Positions 18,991 to 26,853 of a stretch of 64,000 bases of DNA are shown here, piece after piece. The notes under the pieces are model-generated. The model made no database searches. It saw only the letters and a list, made by a program, of their open reading frames with translations, and had not been told where the DNA came from. A program made the translations under genes and the position numbers. Numbering within the stretch: position 1 is the stretch's first letter; each line of letters opens with the position of its first letter. The stretch comes from a virus, in the IMG/VR virus record IMGVR_UViG_3300036781_000179, positions 1 through 64,000 of that record. The stretch is one strand, 5' to 3'.

Positions 18991-19095
18991 TATATTTGTT
19001 GTATAAAATCATCGTGCAGGATGGATTTAAAGACATTTTAATAGCCTTAGTTTCGGGGATAGCCTGCACGCTTGAACCGGGATTAAGGCTTTTTA
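18991..19095 (+). promoter_or_regulatory. Promoter plus two-hairpin leader with complementary loops, upstream of the HNH gene
   Basis: TATATTTG at 18991; CGTGCAGG (19013-19020) is complementary to CCTGCACG (19063-19070); stem AGCCTTAGTTTCGG/CCGGGATTAAGGCT followed by a T-run. Confidence 0.65.
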
Positions 19096-19102
19096 ATTTA
19101 TT

Positions 19103-19663
19103 ATGGATTTTTATAAATGGATTCCAGTTATTTTTAATGGAGAAGAAAGTGATTACATAATATTTATTAATGACTCCACTGTTATAATAAATAGGAAGTA
19201 TAAAATTAACAACAAGTTAAATAATGGAGTTAGGGCTGACCATCATTTAAAAGAAAGAGAGTTAAAACAATCAAAAGCCCATACAACAGGATATACTCAA
19301 GTTGGGTTTACTCATAAAGGGAAGACATACAGGTTGTTGGTTCATAGAATAGTAGCTTTAACCTTCATACCAAATCCTGAAAATAAAAAATGTGTTAATC
19401 ACATAGACGGGAATAAGTCAAACAATCATCCATCTAACTTAGAATGGTGTACTTATAAAGAAAACATAAAGCATGCTCATGACACAGGACTAATTATAAA
19501 AGGAAAAGGAGTGGCTAAATTAACACATGATCAAGTTGTTGAAATAAGATTATCTGACATAGTTGATAAAAGACATAAATATAAATTATTTTCAAATAAG
19601 TTTAATGTGTCTCGAACTACAATAGGAGATGTGATTAGAAGAAAAACTTTTAAATATTTGTAA
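19103..19663 (+). CDS. HNH homing endonuclease (NUMOD4/HNH_3 type)
   Basis: VHRIVALTFIPNPENKKCVNHIDGNKSNNHPSNLEWCTYKENIKHA. Confidence 0.92.
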   Translation: MDFYKWIPVIFNGEESDYIIFINDSTVIINRKYKINNKLNNGVRADHHLKERELKQSKAHTTGYTQVGFTHKGKTYRLLVHRIVALTFIPNPENKKCVNHIDGNKSNNHPSNLEWCTYKENIKHAHDTGLIIKGKGVAKLTHDQVVEIRLSDIVDKRHKYKLFSNKFNVSRTTIGDVIRRKTFKYL

Positions 19664-19733
19664 TAAAAAGGAACATAGAGAGGGAGTTAAGGGAATTTAA
19701 AACAGATTTGAAAAATAATAGACAATTGGAATT

Positions 19734-19994
19734 ATGGTAGAACACGACTTAAAAACATGGCCTGAATACTTTGAGCAAGTATGGAATGGCAACAAACGTT
19801 TTGAACTTAGAAAAGATGACAGGGATTATAAAGTACTTGACCAAATGACACTACGGGAATATGTGCCAACCCTTGGTTATACAGGACGTGTAATTGAATC
19901 AATAATTACCCATGTGTTGAGGGATGTTCCCGATTTTGGATTAAAAGAAGGATATTGTATTTTATCGTTTAACATTACAAACTATATTGATTAA
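19734..19994 (+). CDS. DUF3850 / ASCH-PUA-like domain protein
   Basis: HDLKTWPEYFEQVWNGNKRFELRKDDRDY...LREY...YTGR. Confidence 0.85.
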   Translation: MVEHDLKTWPEYFEQVWNGNKRFELRKDDRDYKVLDQMTLREYVPTLGYTGRVIESIITHVLRDVPDFGLKEGYCILSFNITNYID

Positions 19995-19996
19995 TC

Positions 19997-20263
19997 ATGG
20001 AAGAATTAACAGATGAACAGTTTTTAGAGAACTTATGGAGAGAAAAAGGCATAAGTTTAGAGCGCGATAGAAATTTTGAGCAACGCCAAGTAATACAAGA
20101 ATCTGATTATAGATTTGAATCAGTAAAAATAGCATCCACACTAACCAATGAAAACCTTGAACAACTATTAGACAGGAGCGAAACAATTTATCAGTATATG
20201 ATGAAGGATAAAATCAGGAGACGAACCCCTGTATCATTGGAAGAAGCATTTAAAAAGGCATAA
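19997..20263 (+). CDS. hypothetical protein (paralog of 12894-13082)
   Basis: QLLDRSETIYQYM. Confidence 0.65.
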   Translation: MEELTDEQFLENLWREKGISLERDRNFEQRQVIQESDYRFESVKIASTLTNENLEQLLDRSETIYQYMMKDKIRRRTPVSLEEAFKKA

Positions 20264-20303
20264 AAAAATCCCCGGTAGTTAATTCAGCCGGGGATTCCTG
20301 TTT
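20262..20303. terminator. Bidirectional intrinsic terminator between convergent genes
   Basis: AAAAAAATCCCGG-TAGTTAATTCAG-CCGGGATTCCTGTTTT. Confidence 0.7.
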
Positions 20304-20557
20304 TAAGCGGATGCAGTTACTAATGTAGCGATTGTTTCGCCAACTAAGTAAACGTGTTGCTGACCCTCATTGTTTAACAAAGAGTTAGTCACGATACGTG
20401 AGTTGATACTCCCTGATGCTGCGGGATTACTTTTTTTGTTCGCTGCGGAGGCGTTCTGCACAACGATAATGGAATCAGTACCGATTGCCATTGGACTTGC
20501 TGATGCATACACAGATGAATCATGTGCATACACAGTTGCTGAAATGAGTCTTGCCAT
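20303..20557 (-). CDS. Small Ala/Ser-rich protein, possibly structural; isolated on the opposite strand
   Basis: 84 aa with A-rich upstream region, an upstream TACCTTTA box and its own terminator. Confidence 0.65.
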   Translation of the reverse strand: MARLISATVYAHDSSVYASASPMAIGTDSIIVVQNASAANKKSNPAASGSINSRIVTNSLLNNEGQQHVYLVGETIATLVTASA

Positions 20558-20651
20558 GTTGGTAAGAGTTTAATTGTTAATTTGAAATTATTTTCACAAT
20601 AAAGGTAAGCAATGTTTTGAAATAAGAAATGATATAACTAAATTTACATCA

Positions 20652-20760
20652 GCGAAACGATACACACATGAACAAAAGATATTCAAAGATTTCCCGCAGC
20701 AACTCACAATGTTCATATCGTTTCGCAATGTTATACTCATTGGCTGCGGGATTAATTTTT
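20652..20760 (+). promoter_or_regulatory. Leader with alternative pairings (attenuator-like) upstream of the glycosyltransferase cluster
   Basis: GCGAAACGATA..ATGAACA (20652-20674) is complementary to TGTTCATATCGTTTCGC (20710-20726), which lies in the loop of the TCCCGCAGC/GCTGCGGGA hairpin followed by TTAATTTTT. Confidence 0.6.
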
Positions 20761-20774
20761 AAAAACTAAATTAT

Positions 20775-21560
20775 ATGTCATTAATTGCAATGTGTTGTTT
20801 CGACACAATAGAAAATAAAAGGTCAGACTATACACGACAAACATTAGAATCTTTATATAAAACAGTAAATCAAGAAAGGCATAGGATTATTATAATAGAT
20901 AACAACTCCTGTAAGGAAACGAAAGATTTAATAAGTTCGTTTTATGAATCAAATCCTTTGGTAACCGTTATCACACTTAGTGAAAATGTAGGAACTGCTC
21001 GTGGCATAAATTTAGCCATTAAAATGAGAAAAGATGGAGAATCAGTTACTAAATTGGATAATGATTGTGTTATAAATTATAACGGATGGGCTGATGATTT
21101 AGAGGAAGCAATCAAACGTGATCCAACAATAGGTATTTGTGCTTTAAAAAGGGTTGATTTAGAGGAACACCCTGAACATGAATTGGATCATTATAGGTCT
21201 AAGTTATATATGTTACCACGTGAAAAGGGACAATCATGGTTGATTGCTGAACATGTGCAACATTGCATGGGAACATGCACAATGTTTAACCCGTTATTAC
21301 TTGATAAAGTAGGTTTTATGTGGCAAAAAGGTCTTTACGCGTTAGATGATTTTGAAATTGCAGTTAGATGTAACATGTTAGGATTTAAAAATGTATTCTT
21401 GCCTCATATACCAATAATTCACGTGGATACAGGAGATACAGATTATACCCACTGGAAAGTAAAATATGCGGGAGAGGTTTGGGATTCAACACTGGAAAGG
21501 ATAAACAACTATAAAAACGGAACTATACCAATTTATTACGATGGGGGATTTTCAGAATGA
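20775..21560 (+). CDS. Glycosyltransferase family 2 (GT-A)
   Basis: IIIIDNNS, NVGTARGIN, KLDND (DxD), LDDFEIAVR. Confidence 0.9.
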   Translation: MSLIAMCCFDTIENKRSDYTRQTLESLYKTVNQERHRIIIIDNNSCKETKDLISSFYESNPLVTVITLSENVGTARGINLAIKMRKDGESVTKLDNDCVINYNGWADDLEEAIKRDPTIGICALKRVDLEEHPEHELDHYRSKLYMLPREKGQSWLIAEHVQHCMGTCTMFNPLLLDKVGFMWQKGLYALDDFEIAVRCNMLGFKNVFLPHIPIIHVDTGDTDYTHWKVKYAGEVWDSTLERINNYKNGTIPIYYDGGFSE

Positions 21561-22165
21561 TTAATATAAGCGGCGATTCAGGAGAATATGAACTATTAAC
21601 ACAGGGTATTGAGTTATCAAAAGGCGTTGATGGTATTTGTGTTGAAATTGGGTTACGTCTTGGTTTAGGAACGAAGACAATTATTGATGCAGTACGCCAA
21701 TATAGCCCCAACAAGACGGTAATTAGCATTGATCCTTACGGAAGTATCCTTTATACATGTCGTGAGCCTGACGGTCCTTGTAGGCTTGATTACGACAATA
21801 ACATGAAGAACACATGCCTGTCAAATATTTACCAATACATAGTTGAAAATCCTGTTAGTTATCAATTTTATAATTGGACAGATAGTTTTTATTTTGATGC
21901 CATGAGAAATGGAGTCCCTGTTTATGACTTAGAAGAAACCATAGTAAATAAATACAGTTTCGCTTTCCTTGATGGACCTCACACAGTTAAACACATTTGT
22001 AGAGAGATTGACTTTTTTGCTCCACGCATGGATAAAGGTGCAATCATTATTTTAGATGACATCACTCCTGATTTCTACAATGTATTAGAAGTTGAGGATT
22101 ACATGAAAGATAAGTTTGAAATTGTTTACAAAGGCGAGAAGAAAGGAATTTACCGAAGAATATGA
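21557..22165 (+). CDS. Class I SAM-dependent methyltransferase (Methyltransf_24/TylF-like)
   Basis: CVEIGLRLG, SIDPY, FAFLDGPH, IILDD. Confidence 0.85.
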   Translation: MINISGDSGEYELLTQGIELSKGVDGICVEIGLRLGLGTKTIIDAVRQYSPNKTVISIDPYGSILYTCREPDGPCRLDYDNNMKNTCLSNIYQYIVENPVSYQFYNWTDSFYFDAMRNGVPVYDLEETIVNKYSFAFLDGPHTVKHICREIDFFAPRMDKGAIIILDDITPDFYNVLEVEDYMKDKFEIVYKGEKKGIYRRI

Positions 22166-22815
22166 AAGTGAAACTAATAACAGTATGTACTGACCCAAAT
22201 AATGAGGCATTACAAATCCTAAAATACTCATTAGAGAAATATCAATGGGATTTTGAGATATTGATAGCCCCTGAATGGCGTGGATTTGGCACGAAACTAA
22301 TCACAGTTCAACAATATTTAGTCAACTCTGATATTGATGCTTTCTTTTTCTGTGATGCTTATGATTGTTTGGCACTTAATACAATGCATGAGGCAATTAT
22401 ATCCATTGAAGAAACATATGGACTTGATAAAATGGTATTTAGTGCGGAACGTGGTTGCTGGCCGATACCCGAACACAACGTTCATTATAAACCAATATTA
22501 GATCATGGTTTCAATTATCTTAATTCTGGTTTATATTATTCACCAAAGGATAAATTCTTGTCAGTTATGTCTAAGAACCCGCCACAGTATGCTGACGACG
22601 ACCAACTATATTTTACTACTGAGTACTTATTTAATGATAACAAGGATATTGTTTTAGATCAAAACTGTGAAGTATTTCAATCTTATTCATTTATTGAAGA
22701 TGATGACTATTGGTATGGAAACACTTATGTAAGAAATTTAAAGACAGGGACTATGCCATGTATATTTCATGGAAATGGAAAGTCCGACATGACTAAATTA
22801 TATGAATTAATATGA
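22162..22815 (+). CDS. Glycosyltransferase of the PLOD/procollagen GT-domain type
   Basis: FCDAYD, VFSAERGCWP, YLNSGLY, DDDQLYF, LDQNCEVFQ, FHGNG. Confidence 0.85.
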   Translation: MKVKLITVCTDPNNEALQILKYSLEKYQWDFEILIAPEWRGFGTKLITVQQYLVNSDIDAFFFCDAYDCLALNTMHEAIISIEETYGLDKMVFSAERGCWPIPEHNVHYKPILDHGFNYLNSGLYYSPKDKFLSVMSKNPPQYADDDQLYFTTEYLFNDNKDIVLDQNCEVFQSYSFIEDDDYWYGNTYVRNLKTGTMPCIFHGNGKSDMTKLYELI

Positions 22816-23513
22816 CATTAGCCGAACTTAAAGAAAATTGGAAGGATGAACCAAGTTATCATCAACACATACATGAGTTATTTATTAAACATGTTAATGA
22901 AGATACATTACTCAACAAACATCGGACATGGGTGGAAACTAATATTTGGGGCTTTGGTGAAAGGTCTTTTCATTGGTTTTGGTTATTGTTGATTAATGAG
23001 ATGCCAAATGAATTTTCATTTTGCGAAGTAGGAGTTTTTAGAGGCCAGTCAATATCATTGGTGGCACTTATAGCAATGTATCAAGATAAAATATCTCATG
23101 TTTATGGTGTTTCACCTTTAGATAGCAGCGATGGTCATTATGAATCAGATTACAGGACTGATATAAAGAGGATACACGATGAGTTTGAATTACCTGAATC
23201 ATATACCATATATCATGGATCAAGCACTGATAAAGACATAATTAAACAGGCGACCCAAACAGCCCCTTACGATATAGTTTATATTGATGGATGCCACTTA
23301 TATGACTATGTTGTGAGTGATCTAAACAATTATGCCCCTATGGTTAAAGCAGGTGGTTATTTAGTTGTGGATGATGCCTGTTGCGATATGGATATGCCTT
23401 TTGGGTTCTTCCAAGGTATAGTTAGTGTCACAAACGCAGTTTTAGAATGGGAAAATGAACAGTTTGAGTTTCAGTTTAATGTAGTTCATTTAAGGGTTTA
23501 TAAAAGAAAATAA
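22812..23513 (+). CDS. Class I SAM-dependent methyltransferase (Methyltransf_24-like)
   Basis: CEVGVFRGQS, YDIVYIDGCH, GGYLVVDD. Confidence 0.88.
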   Translation: MTLAELKENWKDEPSYHQHIHELFIKHVNEDTLLNKHRTWVETNIWGFGERSFHWFWLLLINEMPNEFSFCEVGVFRGQSISLVALIAMYQDKISHVYGVSPLDSSDGHYESDYRTDIKRIHDEFELPESYTIYHGSSTDKDIIKQATQTAPYDIVYIDGCHLYDYVVSDLNNYAPMVKAGGYLVVDDACCDMDMPFGFFQGIVSVTNAVLEWENEQFEFQFNVVHLRVYKRK

Positions 23514-23514
23514 A

Positions 23515-23988
23515 ATGGGCACACATATAAACAAAAGAGAAGGGCATTATAGAAAAGGTACTCGTATATATAACATATGGAAAAATATGAGGGCAAGATG
23601 CCATAATTCAAATCACCCAAATTTTAAATATTATGGAGGTAAAGGAGTTGTCATATGCGGAGAGTGGAATGACATTATTGTTTTTGAAAAGTGGGCATTA
23701 GAAAATGGATACAAAGACGACCTTACTATTGATAGGATGGATAGTAACGGTAATTATGAACCTGATAACTGTAGATGGGCAACCCGAGAAGAACAGTCAA
23801 ATAACAAATGTTCAAATGTTAAAATAACTCATAATGGAATTACATTAGGTATATCACAATGGGCATATAAATTAGGAGGTAAAAGCCATATGGTAATTTC
23901 TAGGTTAAGGAGGGGATGGACTGATTCAGAAGCAGTTTCTATACCATTTAAAGCAACTCGTAATCAATTTTATAAAAGAATTTCATGA
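23515..23988 (+). CDS. HNH-type homing endonuclease-like protein
   Basis: IWKNMRARC...YGGKGV.ICGEW...LTIDRMDSNGNYEPDNCRWATREEQSNN. Confidence 0.88.
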   Translation: MGTHINKREGHYRKGTRIYNIWKNMRARCHNSNHPNFKYYGGKGVVICGEWNDIIVFEKWALENGYKDDLTIDRMDSNGNYEPDNCRWATREEQSNNKCSNVKITHNGITLGISQWAYKLGGKSHMVISRLRRGWTDSEAVSIPFKATRNQFYKRIS

Positions 23989-24959
23989 AGAAAATAGTAA
24001 AATACTACTCGCCAATGCCAAGTGATTCTACCAGTTTTTACAGGGCTGTAGGGATATTACCATTTATAAAAAGTGATGAATTTGAATTGATAAACGTTTC
24101 TAACACCACACACTTTAGTTGGGCTGATTTTACAGGATGTGACATATTCTTTTTGCAACGACCATTTACAGCAGAGCATTTAAGCCTGTTAACATTGGCA
24201 AAAGACATGGGAGTAAAGGTAATCATTGATTTAGATGATGATATATGGAATGTACCGCAGGAAAACCCCACACACCAATTATATACAATATCACAAGCCA
24301 CTTTAAACGCCTGTGTTGAATTATCAGATGAGGTATGGGTTAGCACACAGTCAATAAAAGAAAGTGCCTTACAACACAATAAAAACGTTCATGTAATAAA
24401 CAATGCGTGGAATGATTACTTGTTTCCTGTTAAGGACAAGAAATCGTTTAATCACAAGACTAAAAAGATCACCTATAGGGGCGGTTCATCTCATCAAGCC
24501 GATGTAATGAGTATTGCAGATGATTTGGTCAAGGTTGTTAATAACAACAAAGATTGGACATTTACATTCATGGGTGATAGGTACACCTATTTAGAACAAA
24601 GGTGCGGGGACAACTATCACATAGTACCGGGATTTACCTTAATTCCATATTTCAAGTATATCATTGAAGATAATGCCAATGCCTTTATATTCCCATTGGT
24701 TGACAATAAGTTTAATAAGGGTAAAAGCAATATAAGCTGGATGGAAGCTACATATTCAGGTGCTTGTTTTTTTGGTAATGTATCATTGCCGGAATTTAAT
24801 TTTGTATTCCAAAGAGGGTTAAAAGTATTAAATAGTTTCATGGAAGATGTTGATTCAATGTGGATAGGCAATCAATTATCATGGGAATACATTTGTGATG
24901 AATTGTTACTATCGAAAGTAAATAACCAACGAATTGAAAGGATATTAAACAATCTATAA
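23985..24959 (+). CDS. Glycosyltransferase (GT-B-like)
   Basis: FYRAV, FLQRP, IDLDDDIW, VWVST, GGSSHQAD, PLVDNKFNKGKSNISWME. Confidence 0.85.
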   Translation: MKKIVKYYSPMPSDSTSFYRAVGILPFIKSDEFELINVSNTTHFSWADFTGCDIFFLQRPFTAEHLSLLTLAKDMGVKVIIDLDDDIWNVPQENPTHQLYTISQATLNACVELSDEVWVSTQSIKESALQHNKNVHVINNAWNDYLFPVKDKKSFNHKTKKITYRGGSSHQADVMSIADDLVKVVNNNKDWTFTFMGDRYTYLEQRCGDNYHIVPGFTLIPYFKYIIEDNANAFIFPLVDNKFNKGKSNISWMEATYSGACFFGNVSLPEFNFVFQRGLKVLNSFMEDVDSMWIGNQLSWEYICDELLLSKVNNQRIERILNNL

Positions 24960-25678
24960 TGGGTGACTTTACAAGACAGCAATTGTGGGATAGATGGATG
25001 AAATCTAAAGCCAAAGTAAAGGAGTTGCAGGATGTAATTCACAAGTTCAACCATTTCGATACTACAAAAGAGCGTCTAATTAACATGGAGGTAAGGAAAT
25101 TACAAACCATACATAAGAATGAACTTAAAAAAAAGGATGAAAAGATAGATGAGTTAAGGGCAAAGCTAAAAACACACCAATTAAGAAGTAAGGTATCCCG
25201 GTTTAGAACAAGAGAAAAGGTGAGGGAACGTTCAGAACTTAAAAAGAAGTTTGATGATTTTAAAGAGGAAGTAAAATACCTGTCAAAAGACTTTGAATGG
25301 GATAACACCACATCAAGGTTACAACACTTAGAAATAATTGTCAGAACCATTATAACATATAACAAGTTAACCAATAATAACATTATAACGTTTCATGAGT
25401 TCGCAGTGCTATTATTAGGCTCTCAGAAGCAATATTTTAATAAAAAGGATATAATAGACAGATACACCAATTTAGGTAGGTTTTTAAGGTCTGATTTAAA
25501 GTTATTCCTTGAAATAGGTTATATCAGGAAGGTGGAGCGAAAACCCTATTGGTATATTACAGTAATGGGTAAAAAGAGGTTAAACGAGATATTAAAGTTT
25601 ATATACGAAGAAAAAGTTGGACTGTTTAAGTTTGACGGAAATAAAAATATAAAATCACCAATAGATGAAGTCGATTAA
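24959..25678 (+). CDS. Coiled-coil protein with C-terminal winged-helix-like domain
   Basis: N-terminal heptads; C-terminal LEIGYIRKV...WYITVMGKKRL wing motif. Confidence 0.6.
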   Translation: MGDFTRQQLWDRWMKSKAKVKELQDVIHKFNHFDTTKERLINMEVRKLQTIHKNELKKKDEKIDELRAKLKTHQLRSKVSRFRTREKVRERSELKKKFDDFKEEVKYLSKDFEWDNTTSRLQHLEIIVRTIITYNKLTNNNIITFHEFAVLLLGSQKQYFNKKDIIDRYTNLGRFLRSDLKLFLEIGYIRKVERKPYWYITVMGKKRLNEILKFIYEEKVGLFKFDGNKNIKSPIDEVD

Positions 25679-26444
25679 AGGAACATATTTATTATCCATG
25701 ATAGACCATAAGGCAACCCATCAATTAACAGATGAGATAACCTTAGAAATTGATAAATCATTTGAAAACAATTTAAGGGAAAGAAACCCGCAATTAGGGA
25801 AAGTAGAAGCGATCCCAGATGATAACTTTTTAAAACTGGAAATTGGTGATACTGTAGCAGTGCAGCACTTCACATTTTATGGAGATATAGGAACTAACAA
25901 GTCATTTGCGCTACAGCCCCATGTAAAACATGACGGCAAACTTCTGTTTAAAGCTCATCAATGGCAGATATTCTTTAAGTACAATAATAATGTCCCTGAA
26001 CCATTAGATGGATTTATATTATGTGATAATGTAGAAGAAGACCAAAGCGAATCAGGTATCATTTTAGAATCAAAACCACACAAGAACAAAGCCATTGTAA
26101 CATTTGGACACAATGAGTTCAAAGTGGGCGATATAGTGCTTGTTTTGGATAATGCGTTATATTCCATAACTTTAGATAAAAAAGAATATTTCAAGGTTAG
26201 GACAGATGAGGTAGTAGCCAAATTAGACGGCGACAAAATAATTCCAGTTAACAATAACATGTTAATTGAGTACCTGCCTGAAAAAGAAAGTATCTTTGAT
26301 TTATCATTTGTAAAAAAGACCAACAATTTAACAGCTAAGAAAGATAACGGAGATTTAGTTCAAGTTTACAGGAATCAGGGCGTTAAATATGGAGATAAAA
26401 GGATTATTTCAGAAGATATGATAGCATTTAATTTATATGAATAA
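25665..26444 (+). CDS. GroES-like co-chaperonin with tandem domains
   Basis: GKVEAIP..LEIGDTV; PLDGFIL..ESGIIL...AIV...FKVGDIV...YFKVRTDEVVA. Confidence 0.7.
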   Translation: MKSIKGTYLLSMIDHKATHQLTDEITLEIDKSFENNLRERNPQLGKVEAIPDDNFLKLEIGDTVAVQHFTFYGDIGTNKSFALQPHVKHDGKLLFKAHQWQIFFKYNNNVPEPLDGFILCDNVEEDQSESGIILESKPHKNKAIVTFGHNEFKVGDIVLVLDNALYSITLDKKEYFKVRTDEVVAKLDGDKIIPVNNNMLIEYLPEKESIFDLSFVKKTNNLTAKKDNGDLVQVYRNQGVKYGDKRIISEDMIAFNLYE

Positions 26445-26853
26445 ACCGGGATTTACAGGGTTAACAAAAGAGCAACTTAAATACATTGAGTATTTGGAAA
26501 GTTGCTTAAATGGGACTGCTGATTTAATATTAGAGTTGAATAACCTGAATAGTATATTGGCAGGTGAAATAAACATGATATGTCAAGGCAATGACACCAT
26601 TGATGTTAAGGATGAAGAAAGCGGAGAAACTGTAAAGAAAAGCAAGTTAATACTGTTAAGCCCTGATAAGGATGATAAAACGTTTGACAAGATTATGAAA
26701 ATCGTTGATAAATACGATAAATTCAAAGCCATAGGTATATCTCCCAAGGAAGAAATTGGACAGCGTAATAAATTAAAGTTTAATATTGGCGATAACCCAT
26801 TTGAAAAAGTTATTGGTGATATTAAGTCACAAAAAAACGGAATTAAACATTAA
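26437..26853 (+). CDS. Probable terminase small subunit
   Basis: Helical 138-aa ORF coupled directly upstream of TerL (positional call). Confidence 0.45.
   Translation: MNKPGFTGLTKEQLKYIEYLESCLNGTADLILELNNLNSILAGEINMICQGNDTIDVKDEESGETVKKSKLILLSPDKDDKTFDKIMKIVDKYDKFKAIGISPKEEIGQRNKLKFNIGDNPFEKVIGDIKSQKNGIKH

Noticed and set aside
18969-19160. 63-aa hydrophobic ORF
   Set aside because: Runs across the promoter and structured leader of the HNH gene; better explained as non-coding RNA structure.
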